Source: Myxococcota bacterium (GTDB lineage: Bacteria > Myxococcota > SpSt-1050). From it: a stretch of 11,951 bases of DNA. The position numbers and the translations under genes were made by a program. Where the stretch lies: NCBI GenBank assembly GCA_049969675.1, contig JBMFOP010000092.1, positions 1 through 11,951 on the forward strand, written 5' to 3'. Below the pieces are notes generated by a model. It did not search any database. It had not been told where the DNA came from and saw only the letters and a list, made by a program, of their open reading frames with translations. Within the stretch, counting starts at the first letter, position 1, and every line of letters starts with the position of its first letter. Shown here piece by piece: positions 8,601-11,951 of the stretch.

Positions 8601-11033
8601 ATCACCCGGCTTTGCGCCCCTCGTCTCCACTCCATTTATCTTTGCCCCTTTCTGAAAGAGAGAGATAATTGGACCAGAGACAACTGTAAGAGAGGCTGAG
8701 ACATCTATAAAGTAGTTTGGCTCATCTATTGAGTAAATCCTCGCCGTATTCTTAAATTCAACGGAGCCGGCCGGTATTGAATAACTGATTCTTACTCTGT
8801 ATTTAATGGTCGCTGTCTCGTTTGTAGCGAGGGAGAAATTATAAAATATGAGTTTGGGTCCGGAGATAGAATACTTTATCTGAGATGGGATTGTCTGGTC
8901 AACCGCAATAAACTCCGCATAATTTGAGAGCGTATCCTCTACCTGAATTGATACTGTGCGGGTTCCAGTATTTCTTACTACGATTGTATATAATAATTCA
9001 TCTCCGGGCTCGGGATTACCACCGTTTATATCTATTACACTCTTTGAAGATGAACTCAGATCCGAACCATATCTCACCGTCAATATAGTTGGGTCATTCG
9101 GTGCTGGAGTAGTTGGGTCATCTGAGAGATAGACTCTGTCCAGAGAGCCCCCTGTGAGTAATCCCTGATTCTTTATCTGATAACCGTTTATTGGGTCAGT
9201 ATTGCCCCATTCATTTACAGTATCTACTTTGAGGGTGTATCTGATATACCGTGCGGCATAGGGCTCAAATGATATATTCCTTATAATTATGCTCGTCTGA
9301 GTTGATTCATCTGTGCTTCCAGATGGAGGCAGAAGACTTACAACCCTCGTATGCTTTGGAACTGCATCTTCAAATCTATCAATAGTAATGGGGAATGATG
9401 AGTTGCTCTTGATTCTCACCTCGTAGTTGATACTATCACCGGGTTCAAGATAGCCCTTCTGCCGCCCATATGGGTCTGTAATAGAGAGGACCTTCTTTGT
9501 AAATTCTCCAATTGATGCGGTCTTTACCAGTGTTGAGACCTGATTTGTTGTATATGCAGGTATCTCATTGCACCTGATGGTCGCCCTGTTATAAATATAA
9601 GTCCCACCAGCGACATTATCATTTATCCGCACCTTGAACTGAATTCTACGCCTATTCCCCACTCCACTTGAGACCGTCCCTATATTCATTCCAGTAAATA
9701 GGGGAGAATTGCCATTAATATCGGCAACCAGAGTTCCATCCAGATAGGTAGAATTAGGGACATATGTTGTATTTGCGGGCAACAGGTCTGTAACTACAGT
9801 ATTCGTTGCGTCTGCTGAGCCAGTATTTATGACATCAATAGTATATGTAAGTATCTCACCTGCTGATGCCTCAAGTTTATCAACATGCTTTTGTGAATTT
9901 TCAAATATTGGGGCGATGGTATCCAGACCGAGCGCAATAAATCCGAGGAAGACACTCTCACCACCACCCGCCGCTGAATCGTTAAAATCCGGCGCATTTG
10001 GGTCACCCGACACTGGATGAACAGGGAATCCATCTCCCACTCCCGCCTGAACAATCAGCGAGGTATCCCCGGGCATTAAGACATTCAGCCCACCTGCACC
10101 GATATTAAATGTGTCTATATCTATCCCTACGCCATTTGCCTCAACTGTGGAATGAGAGGAATTCCAGATATTGTTTGGTAGATTTGAGTCATTTTGAAGG
10201 TAGATATAATTTCCACCAGCCCTCTTAATCTTAATAAAGTCATTACAGGTTATACAATACAACGGATCTGTCTTTGGCAGAAGTGACTGCTCTGGCTCTC
10301 CAAGTTGTGAATCCCCTTCAAGTCCAAAGAAGGTGAGCTCCGCATAAGGAGGGTCTCCAACCACAAAACCATCTAAGGTAAAAGGTGGTGCAATCCCGGC
10401 GGAACTCGTAGTCTCATCCAGATGATAGAACCCATCGTAGATAACAATATCTCTATATCGCGGGAATGTCTGAGATTCCCATATCACTATCATTGACCAC
10501 CCTGCATATCTTGCCTGACATTGAGGGTCTATATCGCAATTATTGGAGATATATGCATCTATGTTACCTACTCTATAACTATCCCCCTTTTTTATTGATA
10601 GTCCAGCCAACTTATCAGAGATATCTGCACGGCAGTAATAGAAATTCCCGAGTGAGAGCGGGAGCAGGGTGCATTGAGATGTGGAGATATTGTATGTCTG
10701 ACCATAAGGCGTCTTAATTGTTGCGGTATTATCTACAATGGCAGGATAATCATAAGTAGAGCCCGACCAGAATAGGAATGCCTTCTTTATCTTTGCATCA
10801 GATGGGAAGTCCAGAGTAAACGATGCACCGGTCTCAGAGAGTAAATAGAAGTTATACATACCATATTCATACTGGTCAGCGAGCGTAAGTGTTGAGCCGA
10901 TCGCCGCATAAGAGCCTCTTAATTTGTTTTCCTGATATATCCTTGCGGGAGGATTTCCATCTATATCTGCAAGGAGATTGGAGGCAGAAAAGAGGATCGT
11001 AAAGAGTGTAATTTGCTTTAACATATCATTCAT
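1..11033 (-). CDS. Giant secreted/outer-membrane adhesin-like protein (DUF11 repeats + SdrD-B-like domains + C-terminal beta-barrel-like region); 3' end lies outside the window, >=3,677 aa
   Basis: Manual translation of the reverse complement from ATG 11033 (MNDMLKQITLFTILFSASNLLADIDGNPPARIYQENKLRGSYAAIG...) stays open in one frame to the window edge (...EKLALKRSYVDDFSLLKDTSLNTLL). Coherent domain motifs occur throughout. An alternative in-frame start is ATG 11024. Most likely absent from the ORF track because no stop codon lies inside the window. Confidence 0.96.
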   Translation of the reverse strand, partial: MNDMLKQITLFTILFSASNLLADIDGNPPARIYQENKLRGSYAAIGSTLTLADQYEYGMYNFYLLSETGASFTLDFPSDAKIKKAFLFWSGSTYDYPAIVDNTATIKTPYGQTYNISTSQCTLLPLSLGNFYYCRADISDKLAGLSIKKGDSYRVGNIDAYISNNCDIDPQCQARYAGWSMIVIWESQTFPRYRDIVIYDGFYHLDETTSSAGIAPPFTLDGFVVGDPPYAELTFFGLEGDSQLGEPEQSLLPKTDPLYCITCNDFIKIKRAGGNYIYLQNDSNLPNNIWNSSHSTVEANGVGIDIDTFNIGAGGLNVLMPGDTSLIVQAGVGDGFPVHPVSGDPNAPDFNDSAAGGGESVFLGFIALGLDTIAPIFENSQKHVDKLEASAGEILTYTIDVINTGSADATNTVVTDLLPANTTYVPNSTYLDGTLVADINGNSPLFTGMNIGTVSSGVGNRRRIQFKVRINDNVAGGTYIYNRATIRCNEIPAYTTNQVSTLVKTASIGEFTKKVLSITDPYGRQKGYLEPGDSINYEVRIKSNSSFPITIDRFEDAVPKHTRVVSLLPPSGSTDESTQTSIIIRNISFEPYAARYIRYTLKVDTVNEWGNTDPINGYQIKNQGLLTGGSLDRVYLSDDPTTPAPNDPTILTVRYGSDLSSSSKSVIDINGGNPEPGDELLYTIVVRNTGTRTVSIQVEDTLSNYAEFIAVDQTIPSQIKYSISGPKLIFYNFSLATNETATIKYRVRISYSIPAGSVEFKNTARIYSIDEPNYFIDVSASLTVVSGPIISLFQKGAKINGVETRGAKPGDKVDYYIVIKNTGNGAANNVVIEDAIDSNLNVDVSTISDGGRYSQNKIIWEYLDIGVGITRTLKFSATIKIPLENNTVVKNQATLYSQDIKKIFSDDPTTSILGDSTDITVRFNPQIKNALKFVNGQKSIWAHGGDVVTFTIEFENDSYGPLRNIVLTDSVSKLLKNIEIVTPGGFVDANQTINWNIPILNYQEKKTFVFRAEVRPPTKPNTVIPNFATVIASQTYTKNTDTVNIYLYDEPNLTNTYKYASYDGDYAKRTHNANAGDTLVFGIMVKNSGPATATNVKIVDPLDARIVEVSDISDGGYRSGNEIIWNIPALNPNESRTLSFKGKIRSPLENGAKIQNQARITSDQTKEILSDDPDTPLSPDPLIITISSSPFIVLTKKARDENGADINGTVRPYSVFRFFIEAINTGNAVANDVVLTDYVDKDRYEILEIDNGGFLSGSHLVWNIPSLDTGESNRKTVSFKVKVKECVSGKIVNYAEVTSREIQTAQRSNILELPIDNIAKKGVFSKRLLSRREPVPQEKVIYELSYRTDDIPLCDAVITDIFPDELILLSATGGKISGNTFTISQKSLKDLAAITIEAKIKSPIKNGTIIRNQAYIEASNYRGRLPSDDPDTTLIDDPTEIKVKSSPDIYMIKKADVEEVAPGGTINYSILILNNGTDYAEDIVVKDDFADMSQYISDVQANEGIYDPALHTLTFNLQSLGIAPQYYKRYDFSVRLKSDIPDGTLLLNQSRLIASNSSEVLSDNNVDKSDGINKTSVKVINRPDISITKLPYRVDGRVIQLNDYVSPDEEYIYKLQITNNADIEAVNIEIEDIIDDSKLTLVAVDNSGQIDQNRVKFSYTTSTLLKSLKKGEKVEFWYKVKVKAELTSDTKITNQATLNCKNSSIIYISDDTRTQPKNDPTVVTVKRFNGPYFGSSKKEYILKSQPVKYGDRVDFLITIINSGDVASTDTRLFDEISRYGWEYVKGSTKLNGSTINDIDGRSPLESGLLISSLKYGTPSTSEGVVDTTASGGVEKNMVQVEFAAIVPKGVSVMKNGAKITYRGGEYLIPEVQIPVGERPLITKFIKEYSISLDKNGNSIADIGDNIRFYLRFKNEGYAEAKSVEITDILPTQASYLANTMKLTINGQARSLTDEVDSDEGEIITVNNQITNRFVIKNLPAQSEVLITFDAVVNVCGGFLNQAELVYDNGKVLSDYDQDPSNGIQKTFVATCELPQNYFELYKMASDINGGLIEPLDRIGFRISITSQGNSTTEDVTFMDDIPQYVQFSGNRSDIILPDGVEFNYVPPPAGRYNNGLIIIKNLKFGSGSAQGVDITFNVKVKKDAKSGDVIENKAYLYTKDNKRFESNTVRLTVGGAVGSVSIQGILFRKMDRDEKNFKYGKDILLKGYSIKAEDITSDENRLRPPPKFTAAERILTDENGKFVLLNLSPAKYRLKAYNENGYLIGTKDVDLSEGSLANVEFAIIPTGAVYSSENYLPLENILVTLTDKSGYKKEFITDKYGIYYFEFEKRSYEIGAKSPDGSFIFPSVVIPPDDSITIDEKGYVSDDFYPEILEKKRYLTKIDFSTSDSSPPRLINNNLPLDSAGSLITFYKSSNKSVTKKGELVEYSLFIKNGTGKSLRFFITDEPDNGLIIKSKEFAVASYKDNKISPLFNLKVRAEKVKSKMLFTTDTFEVPSQETRVIKYLAYATFDTNVVRLNNRATLFEDTNFVVKSAYNSILLQKDYDFENSMVFGRVFCDENNNNKFDPEEMVISSARIMLDTGFIAISDVDGLYHFPVLDSGYHMIKIDGSSLPVGMSPVVENVDIYFTNGLPAKIDFPLDCRFERKTILKNEFYKVSSDVRVMAEAEEKRGLDVVGKDLNVKGQQPDINLIKGDSQGQILKSNDKVSVLEVKDSFVSQKGELKDSAQNIINLPNVKMTESGRLLITGQILSGYKLFYKNIEIKTDSGRFRYEIPLEMGKNKIVLDLIAPDNRTASVFYEIERVPGAPFVLGYATTLVSNSDFYPDGYLPSTHITAGGFGFDGKAVIYAKHHLYNKFGFKDIDITLHFDTSKMREREYILLENRFADYMYFPTFGDSSTIIKDVNSIDKFYLRIDADRNRLLFGNFNSQIGGVEQFRYEKQLYGLSLTLDNDFERYHTSNYSRLFAGIPVDYSRHKRTILKATGGSVYFLGVSDIINGSENIRVIVRDSMTQDVISDRILARYIDYTINYTTGTLILNQPLNSYIDTPSSIKMSGNPSGVVYIIAEYDYFSLSSDENYSIGLYTKENFDRRLDIGGGIVNEFENGDTRYRLYSLGLSMRYLKFSSVKGEFAVSKYAYSDYLFSQDGGISGRALSVENRDGYSILLETRGDISDLFLKDEKIVSYRLFFRMNTPYFAGANTMINQGIRSSGLELSKDISDRLSASGNLYVHFIEPLSMSTFESMGDISIYTTQQKLRYRLNERVELLGENIYSYSDFNTTLINKQYGTDILGAGANYKLTQRINIFGSMHSVFFGDRDEFESIEDRLYLTLGGTYRVKPKLYLTLSDTLRFNMDNYTQLSARTPFSETGSIYFGERVGSFNNQFIATSILGAEEQLSNGISSYGEYQVDTMTNQLNSRAILGTKGRFAISDGLNAMINYEHTEVVSDGEMTYNYSEPNIQMDPNLQIIQNYNESQQRKGPLYGYSYTQKLSINSSLIYDYMGLNYPLGFALGDNRRDVISGSIEYVKLKNIKGSVFAEFRYDNNDEKANGEDRFQYLLRVALMWGLNRDLSLSLSGHYLNVRNLKHDVDEYRFNENSIGLALRPRDFDWVNLFLKFSNVLEERYDYLLNARYLSYSHIFSIIPVFELPYGFEIIEKLALKRSYVDDFSLLKDTSLNTLL
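2630..2850 (-). other. Small bacterial Ig-like domain
   Basis: LLITGQILSGYKLFYKNIEIKTDSGRFRYEIPLEMGKNKIVLDLIAPDNRTASVFYEI shows the G-x-F-x-x-x-[IV]-x-L-x-x-G-x-N-x-I pattern. Confidence 0.6.
3110..3400 (-). other. SdrD-B-like domain with EF-hand-like acidic loop
   Basis: VFGRVFCDENNNNKFDPEEMVISSARIMLDTGFIAISDVDGLYHFPVLDSGYHMIKIDGSSLP matches the G-x-V-F-x-D-x-N-x-N-x-x-x-D-x-x-E...D-x-x-G-x-Y-x-F pattern. Confidence 0.78.
3410..3815 (-). repeat. 14th (isolated) DUF11 repeat
   Basis: ITFYKSSNKSVTKKGELVEYSLFIKNGTG...FITDEPDNGL...LNNRATL. Confidence 0.75.
3820..4500 (-). other. Two prealbumin-like beta-sandwich domains (SdrD-B/Cna-B/carboxypeptidase-regulatory-like)
   Basis: SIQGILFRKMD...ILTDENGKFVLLNLSPAKYRLKA, then PTGAVYSSENYLPLENILVTL...ITDKYGIYYF...INNNLPLD. 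The TDxxGx[FY]x[FL] and PxxY motifs are typical of this clan. Confidence 0.7.
4512..9912 (-). repeat. 13 tandem, highly diverged DUF11 / conserved-repeat-domain Ig-like repeats (~125-155 aa each)
   Basis: Recurrent pattern K-x(6-18)-PGD-x-[ILV]-x-[YF]-x-I-x-[VI]-x-N-x-G...V-x-[VI]-x-D-x-[LI]...F-x-V-x-[VI]...N-Q-A. Approximate starts: 9912, 9519, 9065, 8675, 8264, 7886, 7469, 7079, 6698, 6290, 5846, 5402, 4934. Example repeat 1: SQKHVDKLEASAGEILTYTIDVINTGSADATNTVVTDLLPANTTYVPNS. Confidence 0.88.
9915..10967 (-). other. N-terminal head domain (~350 aa) of the kind often found in front of DUF11 stalks; possible ligand-binding tip
   Basis: Motifs ASFTLDFPSDAKIKKAFLFWSG, YYCRADIS, YAGWSMIVIWE..PRYRDIVIYDG, FGLEGD, PNNIWNS and GIDIDTFNI resemble the head module I recall from DUF11 surface proteins. 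Six Cys are present. Boundaries are approximate. Confidence 0.6.
10968..11033 (-). other. Sec/SPI signal peptide
   Basis: MNDMLK (n-region, Lys), QITLFTILFSA (hydrophobic), SNLLA|DIDG (probable cleavage after Ala22). No lipobox Cys. Confidence 0.75.
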
Positions 11034-11042
11034 AGAGCAGAT

Positions 11043-11071
11043 ATTTTAAGACCAGTTTAATCAAAATGCAA
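11043..11071 (-). promoter_or_regulatory. Putative sigma70-type promoter of the giant gene
   Basis: On the minus strand: TTGCAT (11071-11066), 17-nt spacer, TAAAAT (11048-11043), with AT-rich sequence upstream. The -10 box ends 9 nt before ATG 11033. Confidence 0.55.
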
Positions 11072-11082
11072 CAATAAATAAA

Positions 11083-11290
11083 CTCCAAAAATTTTTTACC
11101 CTCATCAGTTATCTCCCATATGTCCTGTGGGGAATTGCATGCCAGCAAAACTTCGTTGACCATTGTGTTTCTAGCCCATTATGCATTATTTTCCACCTTC
11201 TTCGTTTGAAAAATTCAGATGAGATTCTTCCACTAAAAATTACCTGCTATTCCTTTTGAAGGGATTTAACCTCTTATTCTAAAACTTGTT
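11083..11290 (-). pseudogene. Decayed Mrr_N-like winged-helix protein gene
   Basis: One frame reads EVKSLQKE*QVIFSGRISSEFFKRRRW (11273-11193; TAG at 11249-11247). After a 1-nt shift it continues ENNA*WARNTMVNEVLLACNSPQDIWEITDEGKKFLE (11193-11083; TAA at 11181-11179). The second part matches the Mrr N-terminal (PF14338-like) signature RWxNxxxWAR..L...GLL....RGxWxITxxG as I recall it. Confidence 0.7.
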
Positions 11291-11453
11291 TATATACTTT
11301 CTATGCACTTCTCGGTAGTTAGTTTTTTATCACGGCGTGCATGGTGGTCGCTCCTTTTTGCCCCTTGTTCTGCTCTATCAAATTTATTTGAAAACACTTA
11401 CTTACAATTGTCTTATTCTCTCGGTCAATAAATTTTAATAATTTTTACCCCCT

Positions 11454-11951
11454 CTATGGGGCAATAAAATAGGTGCGAAATTTTTTACCTCCCAATGTTT
11501 TAATTTTTTGTTCTTTTACCAATGAGTAAATACATCTCCTTATTTTTCTTATAGGGATTTCTTTACCAATTCTACTATGAATACTTTCTGTATTTGAATT
11601 TGGGTATTTTTGTAAATCCTCTATAATTAAATTTTTTAGGCGGTCTTCCTCAATGTTTGATAAGTCTGTTTTTTCAAATGCCGTGCCTTTCAAAAATTCT
11701 GGATTAACATAATACTCCACACCCTTTGTCTTGCCTCTGGTTAATATAATCCGATATTTGAGTAAATTTCCTAACCATTTTTTAATATGTTTATCATTGC
11801 TTTGTATTTGTCTGGCAAATTCAGTAGCAAGGATGGTTCTATTTTGTGCAATGATGCCCAAACAAATCATTTCTCTCTGATTTAGTTGAAATCTCTGTTT
11901 AATTTTTTCAATTAAAGAGATAATGTCTGGATTTTGAATGTGACTAAAAAC
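11454..11951 (-). CDS. C-terminal part of a probable ATP-binding DNA-binding protein (AlbA_2/Schlafen + HATPase_c_4 type) ending in tandem winged-helix domains; 5' end outside the window
   Basis: The frame stays open upstream of the track's ATG 11870 to the window edge (VFSHIQNPDIISLIEKIKQRFQLNQREMICLGIIAQ...), so 11870 is probably not the true start. Two wHTH-like units with wing motifs are visible (WLGNLLKYRIILTRGKTKGVEYYV; IHSRIGKEIPIRKIRRCIYSLVKEQKIKTLGGKKFRTY). Family call is from recalled similarity of this C-terminus; the diagnostic N-terminal domains are not visible. Confidence 0.65.
   Translation of the reverse strand, partial: VFSHIQNPDIISLIEKIKQRFQLNQREMICLGIIAQNRTILATEFARQIQSNDKHIKKWLGNLLKYRIILTRGKTKGVEYYVNPEFLKGTAFEKTDLSNIEEDRLKNLIIEDLQKYPNSNTESIHSRIGKEIPIRKIRRCIYSLVKEQKIKTLGGKKFRTYFIAP

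Noticed and set aside
10245..10256. CITC as a heme-binding or redox motif
   Set aside because: No CxxCH histidine and no thioredoxin-like context; a structural disulfide in a secreted domain is more plausible.
2436..10717. The 14 short ORFs (62-115 aa) in the supplied track between 2436 and 10717
   Set aside because: All lie antisense to, or out of frame within, the >3,600-codon minus-strand gene and show no recognisable motifs. They are shadow ORFs.
11303..11342. ATGCAC...GTGCAT inverted repeat as a terminator or structured RNA
   Set aside because: Only a 6-bp stem around a 28-nt loop with no adjacent U-tract; insufficient support.
11088..11492. Similar AATTTTT(T)ACC motifs near 11090, 11440 and 11480 as possible target-site duplications
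   Set aside because: Low-complexity AT-rich matches. Two of them simply encode GKKF at the ends of winged-helix domains, and there is no transposase or terminal inverted repeat.
11454..11870. Track's 138-aa ORF as a complete gene starting at ATG 11870
   Set aside because: The frame stays open to the window edge with plausible protein sequence, so this is most likely the 3' part of a longer gene.
1..11951. tRNA, rRNA, CRISPR array or IS element
   Set aside because: None seen; nearly all the sequence is explained by protein-coding or decayed coding frames.

Overview
About 92% of the window is one uninterrupted minus-strand reading frame that the supplied ORF track misses because it runs off the left edge. 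It starts at ATG 11033 (or 11024) and has no stop down to position 1, giving at least 3,677 codons. Manual translation shows a giant secreted surface protein with these parts in order: Sec signal peptide; ~350-aa Cys-containing head; 13 tandem DUF11 (TIGR01451-type) Ig-like repeats; SdrD-B/carboxypeptidase-regulatory-like sandwiches; a 14th DUF11; a SdrD-B-like domain; a linker; an Ig-like domain; and >860 aa of outer-membrane beta-barrel-like sequence containing a SprA-like motif. All 14 DUF11 repeats keep a Lys/Asp/Asn triad compatible with autocatalytic isopeptide bonds, and the stalk alternates between two repeat types. Upstream lie a sigma70-like promoter predicting a near-leaderless transcript, a decayed Mrr_N-like winged-helix pseudogene, and the AT-richer 3' end of a probable AlbA_2/HATPase_c_4-type ATP-binding winged-helix gene. 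The host is inferred to be a diderm bacterium. Family assignments come from motif recognition only; no searches were run.
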